A stretch of 64,000 nt of DNA from Trichormus sp. ATA11-4-KO1 (lineage in GTDB: Bacteria; Cyanobacteriota; Cyanobacteriia; Cyanobacteriales; Nostocaceae), in NCBI GenBank assembly GCA_019358915.1, contig JAHHIM010000009.1, positions 32,001-96,000 on the forward strand, written 5' to 3'. Shown here piece after piece: positions 30,986 to 40,457 of this stretch. The position numbers and the translations under genes were made by a program. How positions within the stretch are numbered: the stretch's first letter is position 1; each line of letters starts with the position of its first letter. The notes under the pieces were generated by a model, which saw only the letters and a list, made by a program, of their open reading frames with translations, searched no databases and was not told the DNA's origin.

Positions 30986-32014
30986 ATGCATTCAATGGGT
31001 ATTGTAAAAAATTGGCAAAGAATATTTGCCTTGTTAATAGTAGTCGTCATGTGTGTAGGTTGTAGTAAAGTTCCCTCCACCAACTTCAATCCTTGGGAAA
31101 TTATTTCTGTACCAACGGACGCGAAGCTACTGGATATTACCTTTACTGATAATCCGCAGCATGGCTTTCTCGTAGGTAGCAACGCCACGCTTTTGGAAAC
31201 TAATGACGGTGGTAATACTTGGCAACCGCTAACATTAGCACTAGATGATCCCAAGTCTCGCTTCGATTCAGTAAGTTTTGCTGGTAAAGAAGGCTGGATT
31301 GCGGGAGAGCCTTCTTTACTGTTACACACCACCGATGAAGGTCGTTCTTGGTCGCGCATTCCCTTGAGCGAAAAGTTACCCGGTAATCCGATCGCTATCT
31401 ACGCTCTGGGAGAAAACGCAGCTGAAATGGCTACTGATGTGGGAGCAATATATCGCACCACAGACGGGGGTAAAAACTGGAAAGCCCAGGTAGAAGCAGC
31501 AGTTGGAGTAGTTCGTAATATGGAACGCTCGGCTGATGGTAAATATGTTGCCGTGTCCGCTAAAGGTAGTTTCTACTCGACTTGGGAACCAGGACAAAGT
31601 GCTTGGCAACCCCACAACCGCAATAGTTCTCGACGCCTAGAAAATATGGGTTTTACAGAGAATGGTCAATTGTGGTTGTTAGCACGGGGAGGTCAAGTGC
31701 AGTTTAGCGATCCGACTAATCCTGAGGAATGGCAAGAGGCACAAAATCCTGAGTTGGCTACAAGTTGGGGCCTGCTAGATTTGGCATATCGTACTCCCAA
31801 GGAAATTTGGATAGGTGGCGGTAGCGGTAATTTGCTGCACAGTGCTGACGGTGGTCAAACCTGGGAAAAAGACCGTGATGTGGAAGAGGTCGCTGCTAAT
31901 TTGTACAAAGTTGTCTTTTTTCAGCCTGACCAGGGATTTGTTATAGGCGATCGCGGCGTTTTGCTAAAATACCAACCAAACATGGCCAAAGCTTCTTCAT
32001 CAGAGGCAGCTTAA
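30986..32014 (+). CDS. ycf48: Photosystem II assembly factor Ycf48
   Basis: Lipoprotein signal (VGCS), Asp-box repeats TxDGGxxW, HNRNSSRR; synteny with psbEFLJ. Confidence 0.95.
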   Translation: MHSMGIVKNWQRIFALLIVVVMCVGCSKVPSTNFNPWEIISVPTDAKLLDITFTDNPQHGFLVGSNATLLETNDGGNTWQPLTLALDDPKSRFDSVSFAGKEGWIAGEPSLLLHTTDEGRSWSRIPLSEKLPGNPIAIYALGENAAEMATDVGAIYRTTDGGKNWKAQVEAAVGVVRNMERSADGKYVAVSAKGSFYSTWEPGQSAWQPHNRNSSRRLENMGFTENGQLWLLARGGQVQFSDPTNPEEWQEAQNPELATSWGLLDLAYRTPKEIWIGGGSGNLLHSADGGQTWEKDRDVEEVAANLYKVVFFQPDQGFVIGDRGVLLKYQPNMAKASSSEAA

Positions 32015-32135
32015 TGACAACGCCAGCTGAGGTATTCGCCCTGATTTCTGAGAAGGACGTTGCAACTTGTAACTCTTTTTAAACTTTGTAGGATAATAGA
32101 CTCAATAATAGTCTTCGTGAAGGTAGGAATCTAAA

Positions 32136-32384
32136 ATGTCAGGTACCACTGGAGAACGTCCGTTTTCGGACATTATTACCAGCGTTCGTTACTGGGTTAT
32201 TCACAGCATCACCATCCCGGCATTGTTTATTGCCGGGTGGCTCTTTGTCAGTACTGGACTAGCTTACGATGCTTTTGGCACACCCCGTCCTAATGAATAT
32301 TACACACAAGCACGGCAAGAAGTGCCCATTGTGAAGAATCGTTTTGAAGCAAAACAGCAAGTTGAACAATTTATCGGAAAGTAG
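32136..32384 (+). CDS. psbE: Cytochrome b559 alpha
   Basis: [28 protein letters not shown]. Confidence 0.98.
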   Translation: MSGTTGERPFSDIITSVRYWVIHSITIPALFIAGWLFVSTGLAYDAFGTPRPNEYYTQARQEVPIVKNRFEAKQQVEQFIGK

Positions 32385-32393
32385 TTTGGGATC

Positions 32394-32531
32394 ATGACTA
32401 GCGGAAATAACATAAATCAACCAGTTTCCTATCCAATTTTTACGGTTAGATGGCTCGCCGTTCATACCCTAGGTGTGCCTACCGTGTTCTTTTTGGGCGC
32501 GATCGCCGCAATGCAGTTTATTCAACGCTAG
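32394..32531 (+). CDS. psbF: Cytochrome b559 beta
   Basis: Hand translation [45 protein letters not shown]. Confidence 0.97.
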   Translation: MTSGNNINQPVSYPIFTVRWLAVHTLGVPTVFFLGAIAAMQFIQR

Positions 32532-32540
32532 GAGCAAATC

Positions 32541-32660
32541 ATGGAAAGAACGCCCAACCCCAATAATCAGCCAGTTGAACTCAACCGGACTTCCCTATAC
32601 CTAGGACTATTACTAGTTTTTGTTCTAGGGATTCTATTTTCCAGTTACTTCTTTAACTAA
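32541..32660 (+). CDS. psbL: Photosystem II protein L
   Basis: Hand translation [39 protein letters not shown]. Confidence 0.97.
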   Translation: MERTPNPNNQPVELNRTSLYLGLLLVFVLGILFSSYFFN

Positions 32661-32731
32661 CTGGAACATTTGTTGTAAAACTTTGTTTATTTAACCCGTG
32701 TTGATTTGTTATTAAGGGAGGAGAAAAAGCT

Positions 32732-32854
32732 GTGTCTGCTGGAAGTGGAAGAATTCCCCTGTGGGTTGTCGCTACGGTCGCAGGGTTAGGTGTAATTACA
32801 GTTGTAGGCATTTTCTTTTATGGAGCCTACGCCGGAATCGGTTCTTCAATGTAA
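32732..32854 (+). CDS. psbJ: Photosystem II protein J
   Basis: GTG start after [45 protein letters not shown]. Confidence 0.96.
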   Translation: MSAGSGRIPLWVVATVAGLGVITVVGIFFYGAYAGIGSSM

Positions 32855-32917
32855 AAATAGCCTAAGCCGAATGCCATTAGTATGGACTTTCTGGCGATTG
32901 TTTAAAAATTAGCATTA

Positions 32918-32952
32918 ACAAACCGCCTATCTCATAAAGATAGGCGGTTTGT
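32918..32952 (+). terminator. Terminator of psbEFLJ
   Basis: 15-bp perfect stem ACAAACCGCCTATCT / AGATAGGCGGTTTGT. Confidence 0.8.
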
Positions 32953-33018
32953 AATTATAGGCGTTTAAGCTGAAATTAGTAGGTTCACCGACCATAACTA
33001 CACTTAAAGGTAATCTCT

Positions 33019-33456
33019 ATGGATGAAAATATGGGAAACGCTCTGCATTGGTATTCGTTGTGCGTTGTCGCGCTGTTTTTCAAAATGTTTGCGCTTTCAG
33101 CTTATCAAGGGTTTCATCGCATCGGCAGACGCGAGTTTGTGAACCCAGAGGACGCCGCAGTATTCAATCAGCCGCCCGCAAAGGAGGATTTACCACAAGT
33201 CCAACGAGCAGCTAAGGCTTGGCTTAATGACTTGGAGAACATTCCCATATTTATTGGTCTTGGAATTGCTTATGTGCTGACCGGAGCATCACCTAGGGCA
33301 GCAATTTGGCTGTTTTCTACTTTTACAATCGCGCGGATACTTCATACGTTGATGTATCTTCTCGGCTTGCAGCCCTGGCGATTCCTGACGTATGCAGTGG
33401 GAATCATTTGTCTACTAGGCATGAGTTGGAATATAGGTGCGGTCTTATATGGATAG
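33019..33456 (+). CDS. MAPEG-family membrane protein
   Basis: FVNPED, NDLENIPIF, ARILHT. Confidence 0.85.
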   Translation: MDENMGNALHWYSLCVVALFFKMFALSAYQGFHRIGRREFVNPEDAAVFNQPPAKEDLPQVQRAAKAWLNDLENIPIFIGLGIAYVLTGASPRAAIWLFSTFTIARILHTLMYLLGLQPWRFLTYAVGIICLLGMSWNIGAVLYG

Positions 33457-33605
33457 GTGAGACAAGTAGGATATTACCGCTTGCACTCCTGTAAAGCCGG
33501 GCATAGCTGCGCTTACCACGTTCACGGAGCGTGGCATTATTCATAGTGCACCTTGGGCTGCTATTAAGTAAGCCGTAGGGAAATTTTATAAGTACGTAAC
33601 AAACA

Positions 33606-34436
33606 ATGATTCAAGCAACTAGCATTTTTCTGATTATTGGAATAATTATTGCTGTAATTTTGGTCAGCCCCATTCTTACTAAAAAAAGCAGAAACCGGAT
33701 TAAAAAGCGTGCATTTCCCCCACTATGGAATGCCATTATTGAAAATAATCTTCCTATTTATCTCTATCTTTCCCCTGATGAGCGCAGACGACTTCAAGGA
33801 CATATTCAAGTATTTTTAGCAGAAAAGCAATTCATTGGCTGTCGAGGATTACAGGTAACGGCAGAAATGAGATTAACTATTGCTGCTGTTGCCTGTTTAC
33901 TTCTACTCAATGAGCGAGGAAAATATTTCCCGAAATTACACTCAATTTTAATTTATCCTGGTACTTATTTTGTCAACCGCACCGTTGCTGTTGATAATTA
34001 TATTGTTGAAGAAAGACGCGATGCCAGGTTAGGAGAATCGTGGACTAAAGACCAAGTAATATTATCTTGGGAACAGGTACAACAAGATACTCAAAACTGG
34101 AGAGATGGACATAATGTTGTCTTGCACGAATTTGCTCACCAGTTAGATCAAGAAGATGGTAGAGCCGAGGGTGTGCCTATTTTGCAACGCCAGTCAGATT
34201 ATGCGATTTGGTCTAGGGTGATGACAACAGAATATCAAAAACTTGGTCATGATATCCAACAAAGTGTCAAGACTGTAATTGATGGTTACGGTGCAACTAA
34301 TCCCGCAGAATTTTTTGCTGTAGCAACTGAGACATTTTTTGAAAAACCGCAGCAATTGCTGGGGAAGCATTCGGCACTTTATGAGCTATTACGAGGTTAT
34401 TATCAGGTAGAGCCTATGGAATGGGTTGGATCATGA
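33606..34436 (+). CDS. MtfA-like zinc-dependent peptidase (M90)
   Basis: HNVVLHEFAHQLD, YGATNPAEFFAVATETFFE. Confidence 0.88.
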   Translation: MIQATSIFLIIGIIIAVILVSPILTKKSRNRIKKRAFPPLWNAIIENNLPIYLYLSPDERRRLQGHIQVFLAEKQFIGCRGLQVTAEMRLTIAAVACLLLLNERGKYFPKLHSILIYPGTYFVNRTVAVDNYIVEERRDARLGESWTKDQVILSWEQVQQDTQNWRDGHNVVLHEFAHQLDQEDGRAEGVPILQRQSDYAIWSRVMTTEYQKLGHDIQQSVKTVIDGYGATNPAEFFAVATETFFEKPQQLLGKHSALYELLRGYYQVEPMEWVGS

Positions 34437-34464
34437 GATTTGGTTAAACTATAGAGAGAGGAAA

Positions 34465-35019
34465 TTATTCGCCTAGTAATTGCTGAACCGAAATTACAAT
34501 ATCAGGAAAAGCCAAGGGTTTAATATTACCCTGCGTGAGAATTTCTTTTGACTGATAGCCTGCTTCTGTAGGTACTCGAAATATAATCATTTGCATAGTC
34601 CGCAAATTAATCACCCAATATTCTGAAATACCTGCTGCGGCGTAAGTCTTTGTTTTAACTTCCAAGTCTTTATTGAGACTTGAATCTGAGTATTCAATTA
34701 GCCAAAAAATATTTTCTGGGTAGGGGTGATGTTCTCTGTAATCTCGCCCCAAACGTTGCACGATCGCAATATCGGGTTCTGGTTCCGAGTTACTATCTGG
34801 TAAGGTAATTGGTTTTGCTTGCCGAACTTTGGCTTGATTTCCCAATAGATAAATCAGGTACTCTCCTGCTTCATCGCTGCAATAAGCGTGAGATTCTCCC
34901 TCTGGGGACATTTCTACAATCTCTCCATTGAGCAATTCCACTTGCCGTTCTGCCAAAATTCCGGCGGCAATCATGCGATGATAATCGTCAATGCTCCATT
35001 TTATAGTAGTTAGAGTCAT
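34465..35019 (-). CDS. Uma2-family endonuclease-like protein
   Basis: VELLNGEIVEMSP, EPEPDIAI, IEYSDSSL, YAAAGISEYWVINL. Confidence 0.9.
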   Translation of the reverse strand: MTLTTIKWSIDDYHRMIAAGILAERQVELLNGEIVEMSPEGESHAYCSDEAGEYLIYLLGNQAKVRQAKPITLPDSNSEPEPDIAIVQRLGRDYREHHPYPENIFWLIEYSDSSLNKDLEVKTKTYAAAGISEYWVINLRTMQMIIFRVPTEAGYQSKEILTQGNIKPLAFPDIVISVQQLLGE

Positions 35020-35054
35020 GGCGATCGCTCCTATTGCTTTGCTATGTTTTCATC

Positions 35055-35372
35055 TTAAACTGGCTTTTTGATACTATTCTCCTCCTGAGCAAACAGTTCT
35101 AACAAAGCAACTGTACCCACAAAAAAAGTATAAATAGCATATTTAATGGGCATTTTTTGTTTTATGGGTGCATAAAAAGCGGCAATTACCGCTTCAATTA
35201 AGTGTGCTGTAACCGCAAACCGCTCAATCCAAAAAATAAAATTCAGGTTGCTGGAAATATGAATATTAGTGATTGCTGCATAAACATTCCATAATTCCCA
35301 TCCAATGGCACTGGTGATCAAAATTGTCGAAATAAATTTGACAAACGTAACAAATATTTTGGGGATATTCAT
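35055..35372 (-). CDS. Small hypothetical membrane protein
   Basis: Three hydrophobic segments, AHLIEAVIAA. Confidence 0.6.
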   Translation of the reverse strand: MNIPKIFVTFVKFISTILITSAIGWELWNVYAAITNIHISSNLNFIFWIERFAVTAHLIEAVIAAFYAPIKQKMPIKYAIYTFFVGTVALLELFAQEENSIKKPV

Positions 35373-35395
35373 TCAGGAAAACTTAGCAGCAAAAA

Positions 35396-36709
35396 TTAAA
35401 ACATGATCCGACAAACTACCAAAGATGCCAACATGCCTGCGGCATCAGCACACAGCGCCGCCGGGAGTGTGTAGCTAGTGCGAACAATACCAATGCTACC
35501 AAAATAAACTGCCATTACATAAAATGTAGTTTCGGTTGATCCTTGCATTGTGGAAACCAAAAAAGACAGAAAACTGTTAGGGTCATTTTTCACAATTTCT
35601 GACATCAGTCCAAATGAGCCACTACCTGACAGGGGACGAATTAATGCCATCGGTAAGGCTTCAGGTGGCAGGGTGATGAGCGAAGTAATCGGAGAAACTA
35701 TTGTTGTTAAAATATCGAGAGCGCCACTGGCACGAAACATGCCAATGGCAACAAAAATTGCTACTAAAAAAGGAATAATCCGAATGGCAATTTCAAAGCC
35801 TTCTTTTGCTCCTTCTGTGAGAACTTCATAAACTTTCACCCCTTTGAAATAACCAAATAAAAGAAACAAACAAATTAAAATAGGTAGCAGCCAGTTGGAA
35901 AGGTTACTGACAAAAGCCATGCTAAAAAGATAAGGAAATCCTCGCACTGAAAGGCGGTAAAATACAGCCCCGACAAATGCTACAATGAGCGCTCCGAAAA
36001 CGAAATTACCAATCATGCCGGGAGGTATTAATTCGGATTCTGGAGTTGCATCGGATGCGATTTTGGTGTCTGGGTTGGTAGTCTCTGATTCAGATTCCCA
36101 GACAGTCACAAGAGAAGATGCGCGGCGAGCGAGAAATTTACTAGCAATAATGGCGACGGCTGTAGAGCAGATAGTGGCAATAATTGAGGGCAGGATAATT
36201 GCGGCGGGATTGCTAGCCCCAGCACTGGCTCGCACAGTGATCACACCGAGGGGTAACAGTGTTACCGATGAGGTATTAATTGCTAAAAACAAACACATGG
36301 CAGATGTTGCTGTCCCCGGATGGGGATTGAGTTTATTCAGTTCTGCCATAGCTTTTAAACCCATCGGGGTGGCAGCATTTCCTAAACCGAGAGCATTTGC
36401 TGCCATATTCATCACCATGGCTGACATGGCAGGGTGATTGGCAGGAATTTCCGGAAATAGTCGGCTCATCACCGGACGAATCAAACGGGCAATGAATCGC
36501 ATCATCCCTGCGGTTTCGGCAACCTTCATAATTCCCAACCACAGCGCCATCGCCCCAATCAGGCCGATAGCTAGTGTCACTGCATTTTCAGCTGCTGTAA
36601 ACGACGCTTCTGTTAAAGCCGCCATCTTGCCGTTGTAAGCTGCCACTACAGTTGCAGAAACAATCAAGAACAGCCAAATGGCATTGAGTGGCGACGATGA
36701 TTTTTTCAT
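35396..36709 (-). CDS. Fused SpmA/SpmB-type nucleoside-recognition (Gate) membrane protein
   Basis: NALGLGNAATPMGLKAM (SpmA) and RPLSGSGS, GSTETTFYVMAVYFG (SpmB). Confidence 0.85.
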   Translation of the reverse strand: MKKSSSPLNAIWLFLIVSATVVAAYNGKMAALTEASFTAAENAVTLAIGLIGAMALWLGIMKVAETAGMMRFIARLIRPVMSRLFPEIPANHPAMSAMVMNMAANALGLGNAATPMGLKAMAELNKLNPHPGTATSAMCLFLAINTSSVTLLPLGVITVRASAGASNPAAIILPSIIATICSTAVAIIASKFLARRASSLVTVWESESETTNPDTKIASDATPESELIPPGMIGNFVFGALIVAFVGAVFYRLSVRGFPYLFSMAFVSNLSNWLLPILICLFLLFGYFKGVKVYEVLTEGAKEGFEIAIRIIPFLVAIFVAIGMFRASGALDILTTIVSPITSLITLPPEALPMALIRPLSGSGSFGLMSEIVKNDPNSFLSFLVSTMQGSTETTFYVMAVYFGSIGIVRTSYTLPAALCADAAGMLASLVVCRIMF

Positions 36710-37015
36710 CTAAACCTTTAACTCTGATTAAATAATTTTCTGCATACTAAGCGATCGCCAAGCGCTGCTGCAAGCAGATCGCACAGGCAATTGTGAAGAG
36801 CTTACGGTTCTAGAAAAAAATCGCTTGTGCCTTTGAGTAAAGATTGACAATCAAGAGATGTGATAATTTTTTGCTTATTTTTGCTCATGGTTAATGTTTA
36901 ATGAATTGTGCCTCACGCATAGACGTAAAGGTGCAAAAAACTTAACTTTATCCTTAATCAAAAATCTTAATTCATTCCGCATCTATGCAACGCCAAAATA
37001 ACTTTAATACCACTA

Positions 37016-38863
37016 CTAAGCAATGCTGCTGTTGACAGTTAAATTGACATTAGCTTGTGTTTGAGCTTGCCAAGACTGGGCATAAAGTCCGCCCAAAGCT
37101 AGTAATTCGTGATGACTTCCTGACTCTACAATTTGTCCAGCTTGCATGACATGAATGATATCAGCACGCATTGCTAAGGTAAAACGGTGGGTGATGACTA
37201 CAGCAGAACGATTTTTGGCCATCCGGCGAAATCTATCTAACCAGTCATGTTCAGCCCAAGAATCCATGAAGCTGGTTGGTTCATCTAGTATGAGAATCGG
37301 TGCTTGCCGTAAAAAAGCTCTAGCTAAGGCAATACGCTGCCATTCACCTCCACTCAAATCAGTCCCGCCAGAAAACATTTTTCCTAGCTGTGTATCGTAA
37401 CCCTGCGGTAGCCTAGCCACAATTTCTTCAGCACCAGCATCTTGAATAGCCGCCTGAATTTCCTCAAAGCTGGGTTTTGAATACACATCACTAATGGCAA
37501 TGTTTTCTGCTACCGTTTTTTGATAAGTAGCGGGAAACTGAAACATAACTGTGAGTAGACGACGGAGTTCGCTAAGGGAAAACTTTTTAATATCAATTCC
37601 ATCTAATTCAATACTGCCGGATTCAGGGTCATAAAAACGGCACAAAAGTTTAATCAACGTACTTTTGCCAGTACCGTTTTCTCCAACAATAGCCACAATC
37701 TTGCCAGCAGGGATGGTGAGATTAAAATCTTGCAGAATCGCCCGATCACTGCCAGGATAGCGAAAGGTGACTTGGCGTAAGCAAATTCCTTGTTTTAAGG
37801 GTAAGGAAATGGGTAAGGGATGAGGAGGATCTTGAATTTGTGGTTTTAATTGGAGAAATTCAAAGAGATTACCCAAAAACAAGCTATTGCTGTAGATTTG
37901 ACCAATGTTTGACAGTACAGAACGCATTAAACTTTGGCCACTATTAAAAGCCTGGTAAAATAAAGCCAGGTCTCCTAAGGTCAAAAATCCTTGTAATGCT
38001 CGCCACAGCATCCACACCATCGCACCACCAGCAATCAACAAAGCCGAGATACCTCCAGCCAACTGAGTGTAACTTTGTTCACCAGTTAATTTGATGGTCT
38101 CGGTACGCAGGCGATCGCGTATGGCCTGATAAGATAATTGAAAATAATCACCCAATTCAAATAACCGCAGTTCTGCTGCTGTATACACCTGAGTGATCAA
38201 AAAATCATAGTATTCTGCCCGGCGGCGTTGTGATGTCGTCTTTTCCCACCAACGATGATAATAGCGATTGAAGCGAACTACCATGTAGAGTGCAGGGATT
38301 GAACTAGCAACCAGCACCAGAGGCAACCAGACTCCATAGGGTAGCAAAATAGCCACCATTGTCAGCAGAGTGATGCTATTCTGCAATAGACTGCCAGTAC
38401 TTTCCAAAAGAGCAAGAGAATGACCACTAGCATTACTTCGTGCTTGATGTAAGCGATCGTGGTATTCCGGTAATTCGTAGAAGGATAAATCAGCTGCAAT
38501 AGATTTTTCGTGTACTAAGGCTGTAATACTATCTAGTACGAGTTCAGACTGAACTTTGCGGATGAAACCGAGAGCTGCATTTGCTAGCTGTGTCAGCAAT
38601 AAAACCGCCGCCATTAAACCTGCTGGTAACAGTACTATTTTCCAACTTTCTTCACTAATACCAGCCCTCATGGCAACTACTAAACTGTCTACTAGCAGTT
38701 TGGATAGATATACATTTGCCCCTGGTAGTAACCCCTGAACTAACAGCAAGACTAACCAAGCCACAGTCCACACAGGCGCTGTTACCCAAATCAAATGCAA
38801 AGTCTGCATGATATGGGATGACTGGGCTAGAGAATTACGTAACTTGCTCATCAGATTTGTCAT
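37016..38863 (-). CDS. ABC exporter (TMD+NBD), lasso cluster D protein
   Basis: TM domain, GENGTGKST, LSGGEWQRIALARA, DEPTS; last gene of the lasso cluster. Confidence 0.9.
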   Translation of the reverse strand: MTNLMSKLRNSLAQSSHIMQTLHLIWVTAPVWTVAWLVLLLVQGLLPGANVYLSKLLVDSLVVAMRAGISEESWKIVLLPAGLMAAVLLLTQLANAALGFIRKVQSELVLDSITALVHEKSIAADLSFYELPEYHDRLHQARSNASGHSLALLESTGSLLQNSITLLTMVAILLPYGVWLPLVLVASSIPALYMVVRFNRYYHRWWEKTTSQRRRAEYYDFLITQVYTAAELRLFELGDYFQLSYQAIRDRLRTETIKLTGEQSYTQLAGGISALLIAGGAMVWMLWRALQGFLTLGDLALFYQAFNSGQSLMRSVLSNIGQIYSNSLFLGNLFEFLQLKPQIQDPPHPLPISLPLKQGICLRQVTFRYPGSDRAILQDFNLTIPAGKIVAIVGENGTGKSTLIKLLCRFYDPESGSIELDGIDIKKFSLSELRRLLTVMFQFPATYQKTVAENIAISDVYSKPSFEEIQAAIQDAGAEEIVARLPQGYDTQLGKMFSGGTDLSGGEWQRIALARAFLRQAPILILDEPTSFMDSWAEHDWLDRFRRMAKNRSAVVITHRFTLAMRADIIHVMQAGQIVESGSHHELLALGGLYAQSWQAQTQANVNLTVNSSIA

Positions 38864-38881
38864 GGGTGTGAAACGACTTGC

Positions 38882-39781
38882 TTAAGCTATGGATGGTTGG
38901 CGGTTACCAATCAGGTGTGCTTCTACCATTTCGGCTAAAGTAGGTAGCGATCGCAAATCATTAGACCGAATCAAACGGTAGCTAGGTATGTTTTTGGCAA
39001 TATGGGTGCATTGCAGGAATTGAGCTGTGTTGTGAATCTGATACCATCGGGTAGGCAGTGAGTTACGCATCAGTTCAATTAAACTTTCAGGCGATCGCAG
39101 TTGCTTAATTCCCACAGTTGAGTCTTTAGTCAACATATAAATTCGCTTGAGTGGTAAGGCCGTTTGAGAAAAGTTTTCTGCTACCCGGAAACCACCTTTT
39201 TTTAATTCAGTGTGCAATAACAATAAATTAGATTTATCATGACCTAAAAATTCTGCCACTTCGGGAAACAATTTAAACTGCGGATAACCAGGAAATACAG
39301 TAATTGTCTCTGTTTCTGTGCTAATTGCCACAACATCATCTGTAATAATGCGATGCCCCTTGGCATGAAGAGCTGCGGCTATGGTAGACTTGCCCCAGCC
39401 TGACTTACCGACAAAAGCAATAGCACTACCATCAAACTCTACGGCACTCCCATGCAGTACAAATAAGCCTCGTTGATAAAGCAAAATTGACATGACAGTG
39501 CCAACGATGTAGAGGCTAATGAGTCTTTGATCATCCTTTAAAGGAGTAACAATAATTTCGCATCCATCACGAATCACAAACAAAGCGGCATTTTTATCAA
39601 AAAGAATCGCTTCTTCTAGAGTCATTTTTGTGCAGCAATTATGATTGCCCATCACTTCATCTGGAATAGTAGCGTTTCTATCCCAGCGAATTGTGATGTC
39701 ACCAGGTAATTGTGCAGGTAGAAATTCCAGTAACTCTATTTCAGATTTTATAGATAGACCGTAGGCGAAGTATGAAAACAT
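38882..39781 (-). CDS. HPr-kinase-like lasso peptide kinase
   Basis: LHGSAV, GKSGWGKST, ITDD motifs; ATG at 39781 (TTG alternative at 39799). Confidence 0.85.
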   Translation of the reverse strand: MFSYFAYGLSIKSEIELLEFLPAQLPGDITIRWDRNATIPDEVMGNHNCCTKMTLEEAILFDKNAALFVIRDGCEIIVTPLKDDQRLISLYIVGTVMSILLYQRGLFVLHGSAVEFDGSAIAFVGKSGWGKSTIAAALHAKGHRIITDDVVAISTETETITVFPGYPQFKLFPEVAEFLGHDKSNLLLLHTELKKGGFRVAENFSQTALPLKRIYMLTKDSTVGIKQLRSPESLIELMRNSLPTRWYQIHNTAQFLQCTHIAKNIPSYRLIRSNDLRSLPTLAEMVEAHLIGNRQPSIA

Positions 39782-39906
39782 ATTTTTTAAATCGGACAAT
39801 TCACATTTATTAACTATTAAGAATTTTCAATTTAGCTAGGGTTGAGTAGACAAAATTATTAAGTCTATTGAATCAATAAACTTATTTTTTGACCTCAACC
39901 CTGAGC

Positions 39907-40085
39907 TATAGCAGTTGACAATTGAATGCCATACATTTTTAGCTTTTGCGAATGCCTCTCTTACAAGCTAAAGAGAGGGCTTGTTACCCCTTCATTAATA
40001 GGGAACTTGGGTTTTCCATAAATACATAGTCTATATTTAGGGAAATTTTGGAGAGATGTATTTTATTCAATTGAAAACCACTATA
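39907..40085. mobile_element. Degenerate MITE with TA-ended inverted repeats
   Basis: TATAGCAGTTGACAATTGAAT-gcc-ATACAT versus reverse complement of right end TATAGTGGTTTTCAATTGAAT-aaa-ATACAT; no ORF. Confidence 0.65.
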
Positions 40086-40145
40086 TCTGTTAGCACATGT
40101 AACCAGCGTCAATCGAAACAATTACTACTGGCTATTGCTAATGCA

Positions 40146-40328
40146 TTAACTAAGTTGAGTTACTGCACCGCCTCCAGGATTACTGATATTAATGCTAGAA
40201 CCATCAGGATTAATAAAAGTAATAGAATCACCAGTTCCTGGAGCTTTTGTGAATGTTTGCTCAGTGATGTCTTCTACAGAACCGTAGAGATTTAACGCGG
40301 GTTTAGACCAGGATTTTTGAGTTTGCAT
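40146..40328 (-). CDS. Lasso-type RiPP precursor peptide
   Basis: 60 aa with RBS AGGAG; leader WSKPAL (YxxPxL-type) and GSVEDIT (Gx5T); between cyclase and kinase. Confidence 0.9.
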   Translation of the reverse strand: MQTQKSWSKPALNLYGSVEDITEQTFTKAPGTGDSITFINPDGSSINISNPGGGAVTQLS

Positions 40329-40457
40329 TTTGGTTTCTCCTGAGAGTGTTTTGAATGATTAATTAGTAGGAAAACCTACATAATTAGTATTGCTGAAAAT
40401 CCCAAGTTCTTCTATGCATAAGCAACAACTTTATCTAATCTTTAACGAACTCTATAG

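Noticed and set aside
39800..40145. Second precursor peptide gene
   Set aside because: No ORF with a leader motif seen on the minus strand; the space is taken by the MITE and hairpin
40366..40379. NtcA box GTA-N8-TAC upstream of the precursor
   Set aside because: No -10 hexamer at the usual 22-nt spacing; better explained as hairpin GTAGG-AAAA-CCTAC
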